Part shown: piece after piece, positions 1 to 11,000 of the stretch
Numbering within the stretch: the first letter of the stretch is position 1
Layout: every line of letters starts with the position of its first letter
Assembly: GCA_963674945.2 (NCBI GenBank)
Contig: CAXXWQ010000004.1
Location: 1,664,001 to 1,728,000, forward strand
From: an uncultured Desulfosarcina sp.
Lineage (GTDB): Bacteria; Desulfobacterota; Desulfobacteria; Desulfobacterales; Desulfosarcinaceae
Reading direction: 5' to 3'
DNA: 64,000 bases
The notes under the pieces: generated by a model
Database searches by the model: none
Seen by the model: only the letters and a program-made list of their open reading frames with translations
What the model was told of the DNA's origin: nothing
Made by a program: the position numbers and the translations under genes

Positions 1-1
1 C

Positions 2-1315
2 TTCGTCCCCTCGCCCATCTCGTTCCATTTGTGGCTTGGTACCCTCTGCAATCTCAGATGCCGTATCTGCAGCCCCCATTCCAGTTCACAGGTCGCCGCC
101 GACCCGCTCCACTCGCGTTGGGCAATAGGAAATATGGGGCTTTCTCGAAAGGTCTCTTTGCTGCCGGACTTCCTCAACGGTGCGGCCTACCAGGGTTTCG
201 CAGGGCTGTATACAGAGAACGGATTGGCCTGCCGGTTTGTCGATCCAGCGCGGGATGCGCAGATCACTCTTCCCGGCACGGGCGACCCGATAAAAAAAAT
301 CCACGTATCGGGCATCAATAGAGCCGACGATCCTTGTACGTTGCTTCTCAAAATGGGATCGGAACAGGTTGCTTCCCGATCGCTGGCTTCTCCGAACTGG
401 GACGTTGACTTCGTGTTCGATCCGCCCCTGGAATGTGGATCTGAAATCCGGATTGGTCTGCATTTTCAGGGTCAACGGTGCAACATCGGGCTTTGCTCCC
501 TATCTCTGGTGTCCGATCCCCCCGTGGGCAATGCCTTTCCCCGGGAGTTCGCCAGCCGCCTGGAAGAGAATCCGAACTGGTATGACAATGATGATCTACT
601 TCTGGGGGAGATCTTCGCGGAGCCCGATACGGTCCGCGATTTGAGCTTTGCGGGTGGTGAGCCAATGCTCCATAAAAAGCTTGCGGATGTGCTGGACCTT
701 TTTGTTGCCAGAGGGCTGTCGAAAAGCATCAGCCTGTACTTCTCCACAAACGGTACCATCAAGACACCGAAAATGTCCAGGCTGCTCAAGGAGTTTGGCT
801 GGGTTGGCATTGGTGTCAGCATCGACGGCGTGGGGTCCTTGCAGGAGTACATTCGCCCGCCATCGAAGTGGACGAAAGTAAGAGACAACTTATTGCAGTA
901 CAGAGATGAAGGCATTGCTGCTGTCTCGGGCCAACCCACGCCCCACGTCTACAATCTTTACGGACTGCTTGATCTGGTGCGCTTTTTTGACAGTCACGCG
1001 ATCACCTTCATGTTGAATAACGTTCTTTACGGTCCTCGATACCTGTCATTCGACATGTTGCCCCAGGCCATGGTGGATGAAGTGGCGGCAGAATGGCAGA
1101 CCTACCGGGATGAGGAGTGCCGACCGGAAATGCGGAAAGAGGTGGACACGTTGATTGGGGCATTGATGCGACCCCGTCCGAGCAACGCAGAGGCGCTGCA
1201 GACACAATTCGCCAGGTTCACGGCAGACATGGACAAAAATCGAGGGCAATCGCTTCGGTCCGCGGCCCCCCGACTTCACCACCGGCTGGTTCAAGAGGGA
1301 ATCCTGCCGTACTAA
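2..1315 (+). CDS. Radical SAM protein, Twitch-domain-type family (5' end truncated by window edge)
   Basis: Frame is open from position 2. CxxxCxxC motif (CNLRCRIC) followed by SS, then GGEP, STNGT, SIDG and YIRxP motifs. Confidence 0.8.
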   Translation, partial: FVPSPISFHLWLGTLCNLRCRICSPHSSSQVAADPLHSRWAIGNMGLSRKVSLLPDFLNGAAYQGFAGLYTENGLACRFVDPARDAQITLPGTGDPIKKIHVSGINRADDPCTLLLKMGSEQVASRSLASPNWDVDFVFDPPLECGSEIRIGLHFQGQRCNIGLCSLSLVSDPPVGNAFPREFASRLEENPNWYDNDDLLLGEIFAEPDTVRDLSFAGGEPMLHKKLADVLDLFVARGLSKSISLYFSTNGTIKTPKMSRLLKEFGWVGIGVSIDGVGSLQEYIRPPSKWTKVRDNLLQYRDEGIAAVSGQPTPHVYNLYGLLDLVRFFDSHAITFMLNNVLYGPRYLSFDMLPQAMVDEVAAEWQTYRDEECRPEMRKEVDTLIGALMRPRPSNAEALQTQFARFTADMDKNRGQSLRSAAPRLHHRLVQEGILPY

Positions 1316-1345
1316 ATCGACGATACCGGGTTTGTTACGAATCCG

Positions 1346-3403
1346 TCAACTTTCGGAGTTCGCGACACGCGATGCACACGCATCGTCACTCACGGGTTCC
1401 AGGACGATTCCGGTACGCGAGGGCAGGTAGAGAAAGAGCCGGTATCCCCAGGGATTGTCATTTGCCTTTTGGCAATGGTGTACCTGATCTGCCACCAGCC
1501 GTCCGTGACCGCCGAACACGACATCGTCCGTGTCCAGCGTCATGCGATACGTACCTCTTGGCACCGGCAGGCCGTAATCGGGAAAGGACCGGTCGGAATG
1601 GAAATTAAAAACGAATACCCGCCCTCCCCGCAAAAATGCGAGGATCTTGTCCGCGTCATGATCCCACAGCAGCGACGGGTCACCCGAGGCAAGCAGGCCT
1701 GCCTTCTTGCACAACCGGATCATGTGCCTGTCGAACCTTGCCAGCTGCCGGTATTTAAGATCCGGGTCATCCACCAAGTGCCACTGGCGCCGGGCGTATT
1801 GCATGCTCCACTGGTTTCCCTCCCGTGGAAAGTCGATCCAATCGGGATGGCCGAACTCGTTTCCCATGAAGTTCAAGTAGCCGTTCCCCGCCGTGGCCAG
1901 CGTGATCAGGCGAATCATCTTGTGAAGTGCCATGGCGCGGTCCACCGAAAGATCCGGATCACCCACCGCCATGTGATGATACATGGCTGCATCGGCCATG
2001 CGAAACATCAGCGTCTTGTCCCCCACCAGGGCCTGGTCGTGGGACTCTGTGTAGCTGATCGTTTTCTCTTCCCTTCTACGATTGGTCAACTCGTACCACA
2101 GGTGCCCCATGGGCCAATGCTCGTCGGACGTATCCTTGACAAGCCGGATCCAATTGTCGGGCACCCCCATGGCGAAGCGATAGTCGAACCCCGCTCCCCC
2201 CTGTCCCACGGGAAGTGCCAGGGCGGGCATGCCGCTGATATCCTCGGCCACGGTCATGGCATCGGGCCGGAGCCGATGGATTACCTCGTTGGCCAGGGTC
2301 AGGTAGGCCAGGGCATCCTCGTCCACGGCAGCGTTGAAATAGTCGTCGTATCCGGAAAAGGCCCTTTCCATGCCGTGATGGGTATACAGCATGCTGGTAA
2401 TGCCGTCGAAACGGAATCCGTCCACGTGAAAGGCGTCCAGCCAGTAGCGGCAGTTGGACAACAGAAAATGAATCACCTGGGGTTTGCCGTAATCGAAACA
2501 CCGGCTGTCCCAAGCGAAGTGGTGCCCCCGATTCCCCTGATGGAAATACTGGTATTCGGTTCCGTCAAACAGCCCCAACCCTTCCACTGTATTGGCCACC
2601 GCGTGGGAGTGGACAAGGTCCATGATCACGGCGATCCCATGGCCGTGGGCCGCATCGATGAGCGCCATGAGTTCTTCGGGCGTTCCGAACCGGGAAGATG
2701 GGGCGAAGAGGCTGGAAACGTGGTATCCGAAAGACCCGTAGTAGGGATGCTCCTGCACCGCCATGAGTTGGATGGTGTTGTAGCCGCTATCCACGATGCG
2801 CGGCAAAATCTTTTCCGTGAAGGCTTCCCATGATCCGATGGTCGGCTCCTGCTGGGCCATGCCGGGATGCACCTCGTAAATGAGCGGCGGCCGGTTCGGC
2901 CTCGTAAAATCGGGAAATGCCCATCGGTAGGGCCGGTCCGCTGCCCATACCTGGGCGTTGAAAATCAGGGTCCGGGAATCCTGAACCACCCGGCGGGCAT
3001 AGGCCGGAATGCGGTCTCCCACGCCCCCCTCCCAGTGGATGCGAAGACGGTACAGATCACGGTGACGGAGCCGATCCGCCGGCAGCCGGATCTCCCACTG
3101 CCCCTCCTCGTTCAACCGATCCAGGGCAAAGGCGGGGTCTTCGCTCCAGCCGGAAAAATCCCCCACCAGATAGATGGCCGTTGCGGCCGGCGCCCATTCC
3201 CGAAAGACCCACCCGTCATCGGTACAATGAAGACCGAAATAGGTGTGGCCCGAGGCCAGGTCCAGAAGATCCTCCCGGTCCCGGGTGATTCGCCGGCGCA
3301 TAGCGTGGATGTGTTCGAGCCGACGAACCAGTGCATTTCGATAATTCCCCAGATAGGGATCGGCCTGGATGAGGTCGTCGACGAGCAACTCGATTGAGGA
3401 CAT
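1346..3403 (-). CDS. glgB: 1,4-alpha-glucan branching enzyme (GH13_8, eukaryote-like type)
   Basis: FREWAP, EHPYYGSFGY, DGFRFDGITSM, ESHDQALVGDKT and FMGNEFGHP motifs. ATG at 3403 has a GGAG RBS. Confidence 0.93.
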   Translation of the reverse strand: MSSIELLVDDLIQADPYLGNYRNALVRRLEHIHAMRRRITRDREDLLDLASGHTYFGLHCTDDGWVFREWAPAATAIYLVGDFSGWSEDPAFALDRLNEEGQWEIRLPADRLRHRDLYRLRIHWEGGVGDRIPAYARRVVQDSRTLIFNAQVWAADRPYRWAFPDFTRPNRPPLIYEVHPGMAQQEPTIGSWEAFTEKILPRIVDSGYNTIQLMAVQEHPYYGSFGYHVSSLFAPSSRFGTPEELMALIDAAHGHGIAVIMDLVHSHAVANTVEGLGLFDGTEYQYFHQGNRGHHFAWDSRCFDYGKPQVIHFLLSNCRYWLDAFHVDGFRFDGITSMLYTHHGMERAFSGYDDYFNAAVDEDALAYLTLANEVIHRLRPDAMTVAEDISGMPALALPVGQGGAGFDYRFAMGVPDNWIRLVKDTSDEHWPMGHLWYELTNRRREEKTISYTESHDQALVGDKTLMFRMADAAMYHHMAVGDPDLSVDRAMALHKMIRLITLATAGNGYLNFMGNEFGHPDWIDFPREGNQWSMQYARRQWHLVDDPDLKYRQLARFDRHMIRLCKKAGLLASGDPSLLWDHDADKILAFLRGGRVFVFNFHSDRSFPDYGLPVPRGTYRMTLDTDDVVFGGHGRLVADQVHHCQKANDNPWGYRLFLYLPSRTGIVLEPVSDDACASRVANSES

Positions 3404-3442
3404 TTCACTCCCAAAGTTTGACGAGCGCATTGAAGTTTTTGT

Positions 3443-3587
3443 TAGTGTTCGTCCAGAAATAGGAAAATTTGGTCGAGATCAAGGCGCACGAAAAATTTTA
3501 CAGGAGGCATATAGTTGATATTCCGAGGATAAAATTTTTCGCGCAACGCCGATATCGGGCAAATTGGCCATTTCTGGACGGGCACTA
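3443..3587. repeat. ~145-bp palindromic MITE/REP-like element
   Basis: ~58-bp imperfect inverted arms (TAGTGTTCGTCCAGAAAT... / ...ATTTCTGGACGGGCACTA) with TA at both ends. Confidence 0.75.
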
Positions 3588-5096
3588 GTTGATCAGTGGT
3601 CTCTCTAACATCTTCTCATACAGCTCGATGTACTGCCGTGCCGTGTTGGCATGGTTGAAGGACGCCGCACTTTCCTTCATGATCCGCTGGATCTGGCCGC
3701 GTTTATCGGTATCGGGCATCAGGAAGAATTCCATGGCCTGGGTCACCGCCCAGTAGAGTCCGGCGGGATCGTAGGTCTCAAACAAAAAGCCGTTTCCCAC
3801 ATCCTTCGCTGCATTGAGCGGTACGATGGTATCGTGGATGCCGCCGGTATCGTGGGCAACCGGCAGCGTGCCATAGATGGGGGCAATCATCTGGGGCAGG
3901 CCGCAAGGTTCAAACAGGGAGGGCATGAGAATAAAATCGGCGGCGGCGTAAGCATGATGTTCCAGTTCCTCGCTGAAATCACACACGGCCACTCTTTGGT
4001 GAAAGCCATGGTGATTGACAATGTCCCGGAATACGCGCTGATATTCACCGTTGGCCACGAAGACCACCTGCAGGTTTCTGTCCCAGTAATCGGATATGAT
4101 GCCGTAAAAGGCCTCGGCCAGAAGTTTGCAGCCCTTTTGGACGGGGTCCAGACGCGACGGCCAGAAGAAGAGGGGAGCGTTTTCGTCCTGGACCAGGCCC
4201 AGGATCTCCTGGAGATGCCGTTTGTTTTCCCGTTTGCCATCCTGGTAATCGTCTGCCGTATAGTTGCGATGGATCCGCTTGTCCGTGGCCGGATCGAAGG
4301 ACGGATCCGGAGCGTTTAAAATCCCCGTACCGCATCCGGCGTAGTATTTGTTGGTCAACTGCTGACGAAGTTGCCAGGGAACGAAATCGTGTCGCCCCTG
4401 TACAATCTCCTCCAGAAAATGGGGGCTGACCGTATTGACGAAGTGGGCGGCGAAGACCCCGCTGGTCAGAAAATCCACCGGGTTGCTTTCCCACGCTTCC
4501 TCGTAGCTTTCGGAGAATCGTTCATAGTAAAGATGCTGCCAGAAATAGGCCGCATCGATGCCGCGGTCCTCGATATGGGCCAACGTAGCCTTGACCGTAT
4601 GGATGTTGTGGATCGTAAACAGGCAGGGGATTTCCATCTGCCGCGCCATGGCCGGAATGAGTCCCGTCATCCAGTCGTTGCAGTGAATCAGGTCCGGCCT
4701 CACCCGGGGGACGATGTTGTTGATCACCTCCCGCTGGAATGCCAGGGACATTTTGGTATTTTCACCGCCGTATACCGAGTAGACGCGGTTCAGGTAAAAA
4801 AAGGCCCGATCCTCCGCAAGATGCACCCGGTCGTCCGGCATCACGCTCCGAATGGTCAGATGTTCCCGCTCGAGAAACGGCGCCAGCCGGCCGTGAAAGA
4901 TGGCCCGATAATCCGGCAGGGCCACGTGAACATCGGCCCCCTGTTCGAAAAGGGCGCTGATCAATGCCGCCGAGACGTCGGCCAGGCCACCTGCCTTGGC
5001 AGTGAGATATTGGGAGAAGTTGCCCATTCGGTGGGGCAGATAGGTCACTTCCGGCGTGATGACGAGTACCCGGGGGTTTTTCTTTTTGGAAGGCAT
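3585..5096 (-). CDS. glgA: Glycogen/starch synthase (GT5)
   Basis: KAGGLADV, HCNDW, TIHN, SRLxxxQKG and PSLFEPCGL motifs. Confidence 0.92.
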   Translation of the reverse strand: MPSKKKNPRVLVITPEVTYLPHRMGNFSQYLTAKAGGLADVSAALISALFEQGADVHVALPDYRAIFHGRLAPFLEREHLTIRSVMPDDRVHLAEDRAFFYLNRVYSVYGGENTKMSLAFQREVINNIVPRVRPDLIHCNDWMTGLIPAMARQMEIPCLFTIHNIHTVKATLAHIEDRGIDAAYFWQHLYYERFSESYEEAWESNPVDFLTSGVFAAHFVNTVSPHFLEEIVQGRHDFVPWQLRQQLTNKYYAGCGTGILNAPDPSFDPATDKRIHRNYTADDYQDGKRENKRHLQEILGLVQDENAPLFFWPSRLDPVQKGCKLLAEAFYGIISDYWDRNLQVVFVANGEYQRVFRDIVNHHGFHQRVAVCDFSEELEHHAYAAADFILMPSLFEPCGLPQMIAPIYGTLPVAHDTGGIHDTIVPLNAAKDVGNGFLFETYDPAGLYWAVTQAMEFFLMPDTDKRGQIQRIMKESAASFNHANTARQYIELYEKMLERPLIN

Positions 5097-5108
5097 CGAA
5101 GTATCCTC

Positions 5109-7655
5109 TTAGGCCCAGGTCAGCAACCCGGGCCGAAACCGTATCCAGGCATCGGCATTGGGTGTTACCCGTACCGTAAAACCGTACCGACCGGAATCGG
5201 TGCAGGGCAGATGGCAACTGTACAGATATGTGCCTTTGGCTTTTTCCTGTTTGACGCTCATGGTCTTCACCTGGGGGTCATCGATGCGGTCCAGATGGTG
5301 GATTTTTCCATAGTAAAGCTCCACATTCAACTCTTCGGGCGTCAACTCTCCGGTGTCGACGACCGCCGTCACCTCGAAGGACTGGTTCACCCGGAACGGT
5401 CCCTTCGCATTGCGAACGGGCTGCGCCACCTTAATCTGCGGCCATTTTTCCTGATAGCGCTGATGCTGCCGGCTCAGTCGTTGTGCCCTCGCCCCGCCAT
5501 CGGCGACCAACTGGTCGAATTGACCGCTGGCGGGCAGGTAGAACCGCTCTTCATATTCGGAAATCATACGCAGACTACAAAACTGGGACATGGCCATGGC
5601 CATGGAGGCCTTCATCATCTTGAGCCATTGCCTGGAGGTGCCCCCGGCGGTACGGTCGTAATACAGCGGCGCGACTTCATTCTCGATGAGGTTGTACAGT
5701 GCCTGACTCTCCACCACATCCTGATAGTTGTGGTCACTGTACTCCTCACCGTTTCCGATGCACCAGCCCCGGTCGGGATTGTACCCTTCACACCACCAGC
5801 CGTCCAGGATGCTCACATTGAGAACTCCATTCAAGGCGGCTTTCATTCCCGAAGTACCGCACGCCTCCATGGGGCGGCGGGGGGTGTTGAGCCATACGTC
5901 GGCCCCCTGCACCAGGCATCGTGCGATATACATGTCGTAATCTTCGAGAAAGATGAAACGGTGGCGCAGATTGGTACGCCTTCCGAAATCCACCAGGCTG
6001 CGGATGATCCCCTTGCCCTCATTGTCCTTGGGGTGGGCTTTTCCAGCAAAGATAAACTGGACGGGCCGATCCTTGGAATTGATGATGGCTTCCAATCGAT
6101 CGGGATCCTGAAACAACAGATGTGCCCTTTTGTATGTGGCAAAACGCCTGGCAAACGCAATGGTAAGGGTGTCCTGATCCAGCACCGACTCCACCGCCTT
6201 CATGATATGAAGCGGAGCATTGCGGCGACCGTATTGACGGAACATGAGCGCCCGCACGGTGCGAATCAGGCGGGAACGACACATCTCATGGGCCTGCCAC
6301 AACTCCTCGTCGAAGATGTCTGCGATGCGGCCGGCATTTTCCGGGATGGTCGACCCCATGTTCCACTGGGGCCCCAGATACCGTTCGAACAACCGTTGTA
6401 TCTCCGGGGCCAGCACTGTTGGGATATGGACACCGTTGGTGACGTGGGTGATGGGCGTTTCGTCCTTTGATCGGTTGGGCCAGATGTGGGACCACATGGC
6501 CCTGGCCACCTTTCCGTGAAGTTCACTCACGCCGTTGATATACTGTGCGGTGTGCAGCCCAAGGATAAACATGGAGAAGGCGGATTCCGGCGGTGCGCCA
6601 TCCGGTTGACCCAGTTGCACCAGCTGATCCACGCTCAGGTTTAGCGCGGATTCGTAGGGTTTTAAATAAGGCTTGACCATTGCGGGCGGGAACTCGTCGT
6701 GTCCTGCGGCCACCGGCGTGTGGGTTGTGAAGACCGAGGTGCGCGGCACGATCTCCTGGGCCGTCTTAAAATCCAGGTTGTATTGGTCCATCACCTGACG
6801 AAGCCGCTCCAGTCCGACAAATGCACAATGTCCCTCGTTCATGTGGGTGACCGTTGGATGAATGCCCATGGCCTCCAGCGCGCGCAAGCCGCCGATTCCG
6901 AGCAACACCTCCTGTGCAAGCCGGACGTGCTGCTCGCCGGAGTAGAGCCTCGCGGTGATTTCCCGGATTTCCGGTGAATTCTCCGGCAAATTGGTGTCCA
7001 GCAAATACAAGGGAACGCGTCCTACGAGGATCTGCCACACTTGGGCATGAATATCCTTACCGATATCGGTGAGGTGGATCACCAGGTCCTTTCCCTTTTT
7101 GTCCTTCACCTTGAACAGGGGCAGGTGATACAAGTCGGTCTCCGGGTAGCTCTCCTGCTGCCACCCGTCTCTGTCCAGGTACTGGCTGAAATATCCTTGC
7201 CGGTATAAAAGCCCGACGGCCACCATCGGGATCTTCACGCTCGAAGCGGCCTTGAGATGGTCACCGGCGAGTATCCCCAATCCGCCGGCGAAGAGGGGCA
7301 GGGTCTCGTGAATGCCGAACTCCATGGAAAAATAGGCCACGATCTCCCCTTTGTTCCATGGGCTTTCACCGTTGGTTTTTCCATCGATCTGCCTCTCGTA
7401 AAGCTCTTTCACCCGGGCCACGTGTGCCAGGTAACTGTCATCGTGGGACAGTTCCTCCCACCGCTCCTGGGGAATGGAAGTGGCAAAAGCGATGGGATTT
7501 CGACCCGACGCCTCCCACAGCTTCGGGTCCACGCGCCGGAACAATTCCACGGCATCCCGATTCCAGCACCACCAGAGGTTGCGAAGCAGGGTTTCCATAA
7601 ACGTCAGGGAATCGGGAATATCGGGAAAGACCTGAAATGTTTGTAGTTGTCTCAT
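5109..7655 (-). CDS. glgP: Alpha-glucan (glycogen) phosphorylase
   Basis: YFSMEFG, GGLGILAGD, HMNEGH, ARRFATYKR and PLP-lysine motif EACGTSGMKA. Confidence 0.95.
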   Translation of the reverse strand: MRQLQTFQVFPDIPDSLTFMETLLRNLWWCWNRDAVELFRRVDPKLWEASGRNPIAFATSIPQERWEELSHDDSYLAHVARVKELYERQIDGKTNGESPWNKGEIVAYFSMEFGIHETLPLFAGGLGILAGDHLKAASSVKIPMVAVGLLYRQGYFSQYLDRDGWQQESYPETDLYHLPLFKVKDKKGKDLVIHLTDIGKDIHAQVWQILVGRVPLYLLDTNLPENSPEIREITARLYSGEQHVRLAQEVLLGIGGLRALEAMGIHPTVTHMNEGHCAFVGLERLRQVMDQYNLDFKTAQEIVPRTSVFTTHTPVAAGHDEFPPAMVKPYLKPYESALNLSVDQLVQLGQPDGAPPESAFSMFILGLHTAQYINGVSELHGKVARAMWSHIWPNRSKDETPITHVTNGVHIPTVLAPEIQRLFERYLGPQWNMGSTIPENAGRIADIFDEELWQAHEMCRSRLIRTVRALMFRQYGRRNAPLHIMKAVESVLDQDTLTIAFARRFATYKRAHLLFQDPDRLEAIINSKDRPVQFIFAGKAHPKDNEGKGIIRSLVDFGRRTNLRHRFIFLEDYDMYIARCLVQGADVWLNTPRRPMEACGTSGMKAALNGVLNVSILDGWWCEGYNPDRGWCIGNGEEYSDHNYQDVVESQALYNLIENEVAPLYYDRTAGGTSRQWLKMMKASMAMAMSQFCSLRMISEYEERFYLPASGQFDQLVADGGARAQRLSRQHQRYQEKWPQIKVAQPVRNAKGPFRVNQSFEVTAVVDTGELTPEELNVELYYGKIHHLDRIDDPQVKTMSVKQEKAKGTYLYSCHLPCTDSGRYGFTVRVTPNADAWIRFRPGLLTWA

Positions 7656-7707
7656 ACAAGATACCTCGTTGATCCGTCATTTGGCTCGAACTCGTAATCT
7701 TCTTTGG

Positions 7708-8016
7708 CTATACCGCCACGACCGAATTTTCACAATCGCCAAAATCGCTTTTCACATATTCATCCGCTTTCCAATCGTTCTCCCAACGGTTCTGATCGAT
7801 GAGGTAACGGAATTGGTAGCTGCGCCCCGGCACCAGTTCGATGACCACGGTAAATTCACCATTTTTCAGACGCCGCATGGGAGTCTTTACCGTACTCCAG
7901 CCGTTGAATTCACCAACGATATGGACGGTCTTCGCATCCGGTGCGGCGTTTTTGGGAAGCCGGAAGGTCACTTTACATCCGTTTCTGCTCTTTAGATATT
8001 GTTTTTTTAAACTCAC
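7708..8016 (-). CDS. Isoamylase early-set / CBM48 glycogen-binding protein
   Basis: VTFRLP, VHIVGEFNGW, YQFRYLID motifs. GTG start at 8016 follows AGGAGG. Confidence 0.85.
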   Translation of the reverse strand: MSLKKQYLKSRNGCKVTFRLPKNAAPDAKTVHIVGEFNGWSTVKTPMRRLKNGEFTVVIELVPGRSYQFRYLIDQNRWENDWKADEYVKSDFGDCENSVVAV

Positions 8017-8069
8017 TTGCAACCTCCTATTGATTTGATGAATTCCTGACGGTTGTTCATCCGGAGAAC

Positions 8070-11000
8070 CTAACCATTTGAACCCGCATTTTTATTTGTT
8101 CTTTTTATCTCTTCAATGGCAATCCAGACTCGGAGCAGTTCGCTCACACCCCATGCCTGGGCATCGCAGCCGCGTTGATGATGGGGTGCATCCCCATCCA
8201 CGATCTCCGGCATGTGGCCTACGCAACCGTCGTTGATCAACCGTACGGCACTGGCCAGCCAACTGAGGGCCGTTTCGCATTCACCGGGGCCGAAACAAAG
8301 GGCCCATGCCTCGCAAAAACTGGGAAATACCCAGGTCCATGCCGTTCCGTTGTGATAAGCCGGTTTCCGGCTCGTGTCCTCATCACCCCCATAAATGCCA
8401 ACATAAGGCGCATTGGGGTCGTTGACCAGATTGCCGTCGTGATAAATCGGCAGGGGCGGCGCCACGGGTCGATCCGCGAGGCTCCGGATGGCGCCGGGAA
8501 CGATCAATTCCTGACAGGCGAAAAGGATGTGCTCGGCCATGGCGCGGTCCGTGATGGTTCCCAGGGTGAGGGCGAAAAGCTGATTGGGCCGAAGGGCGTT
8601 GTCGGGCACTGCTTCGGCCGCCGGCGTTCCAGGCTGGGCGTGGAGACAATCGGACAGATACCCGCGCGCCTGGTCGAAGAAAAGTTTTTCCACGGATCGG
8701 CGGACCTGCCGGGCAAGATGCTGCCATCGTTCCCGATGGGCCTTTTCGTCTTCCCGTCCGAGATACGCCAGTGCCCCATGCCACAGCGCCTGAATCTCCA
8801 CGGGATACCCCATCCGAGGGGTGCCGGCCGGATAGTTGGTATCCATCCAGGTGAAGTGGGAGGGGCTGAAGAGAAGCGCACTCTGGGCATCCATGGCGAT
8901 GCCGTTGGGGGTGCCGGCCACCATTGCCCGGGCGATCTCGTGCAGCACCCTTCGCAGGGGGCGCCCCTTGCAGTCGGTGTCGAGAACCCGGCGTTGCCCC
9001 ATTTCCCTGCCCAGTTCGTCGCACACCCGAAAGAGCCACAGCGGCGCGTCGGAGGTATCCCGGTTGCCCGTGTCATTCCCTCGGATCATGTTGGGAATGG
9101 TTCCTTCGGATGCGAAGGACGCGAACTGCAAGATGATGGAGAGTGCATCCGACAGGTGTCCGGCGGCGATGATGCCCCGAACCACGATGAGCGTATCCCG
9201 TCCCCAATCCAGAAACCACGGGTACCCGGCGATCACGGTCTGGTATTCATCACGTCTGACGATATACTGATCCAGGGCCTTTTTCAAGGCATCGACCGGT
9301 GGTTCCCACGAAGGTGAGGCATCAAAGAACCAATGAAGAGGATCCGTGGCATCTTTTCCTTCGCTTTCGACCGCCGTTTCCTCTCCCAATACCCGAGCGA
9401 AGAGGACTTCGCTCTTGCCACCGGCCAGTGATCCGGAAAAATAGCCGGGGCTGAAAAGATCCGAATCAGGGTCCTGACCCCGCTGCGCCTCCTGCGAGCG
9501 GTGAACCATGTAGTGCCATTCCGGTTCAGGGAAAAAGTCGGCCAGACTGGTTTGTAAGGACAATGCGTGTCCCGGCGTGGGTTGAAAGACAAAACCCTTT
9601 TCCTGCGGTTGAATCGCGGCGGGAAATTCTTTTTCGGGACCGGTGAATGCCTTTGTCAATTCGTGGAAGTTACGGTCCTCGATGTCCGGACGCAGGATGA
9701 GGGTCACCGGCCGGTCGTCGGCCAGACGATCCGCCAGCCCATTGGCCGGGTCACGGTGAAAGACCATCTGGATGGCGTTTTTCCCCTGGATCATCCGGAT
9801 GCCGACACGCAACACCACGTGCTGCCCCTGTCCCGACGGAATGTGATACTGCCAGCTTGCCCGACCATCGAAATCGAACCCGAAACCATCCAGACAGTCG
9901 GGCCCGATCTCCTGGGAAAAGCCCTGGTACACCACCCATCCGCGCAGGCGGGTGAGAAGAATGCACCGATCTTCGGGGACCGACGGGCTCAGGTTGGCAG
10001 CAAGCAGGGCGTCGTAGCGACTGACCAGCCGGTTCCAGTGGGCGTGTGCCCGGCACATCCCCCCCCGCTTGTTGGTGCCCAACATATGGATGGTGGAAAG
10101 ATGCCGTTTCGGCCGGGCGAAGGTCTTTCTCACCCGAACACGACGGGCCGTTGTCAGGTAGAGCAAAGGGGCATTGTGGTGAACAGCGCCTTTGGGGTCG
10201 AAGACGGACAGCTTCAAGGTTCTCGATTTATGCCGACCGGGCCGCGGTAGGGGTGAGAAGAGAACGAAAGATCGTCCCCTTGCATCCAGAAAGCTCTCTT
10301 CCACTGCCATGACCGTCGCATTTTCCACGACGGCAGCCCGGAACGGATGGTCGACCCGCACGAGGAGAAAATGATCCGGCGGCACCATCACCTCCCGCCT
10401 GAGATCCACGGGGAACCGCCACAGAACGGTTCGCGCCGTTTCGCCCTCCGGGTTCATCCATTTGCAGAAGTCCAGGGGGGAAGCCCGCAGTCGACCGGCC
10501 GCCTCATCTACATCCCACGATCCCAGGTCCCCCACGCCCCGGTAGTAGCGCCACACCGAAAGGACTTTGGCCCGGAGCCGCTGCCGCCGGCTTCTTTCCG
10601 GATAGCGGGGAAACCTCTTTTGCGTCTCGATCACCGGCGTCAATTCCCCCGGGTCATCGGTGAGACAAAGCACCTGGCCCGGCGAAAGCGCCACTTTCGC
10701 CATTGCCCCGTCTTCCAGAACGGTAATCTGCGCCCCGGTGATCAGGTCCATGACCGAATCAGAATGTAAAGGGGAACGCTCTTTCAACCAACCGGCCTCG
10801 GTCGGGACATGGGCATCGAGGTTGACGGCCACGAGAAGTCCCTTTCCATGGGATTTCCACCGGCGGGCCGCGCAGATGACGTTTCCCGGGCCATGCTGAA
10901 TCATCTCCACCGCGACCGGGTGAAAAAAGGCCGGATGGGCCGAAAGCAAAGCATTGAGCCGTCGGATGTGATCCACCTGATTGTCCGAAGCGCCCCAATT

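Noticed and set aside
4371..6470. 699-aa plus-strand ORF, and similar long antisense ORFs (1469-2833, 8175-9317, 53774-54706)
   Set aside because: Shadow ORFs opposite well-supported GC-rich genes, with no motifs.
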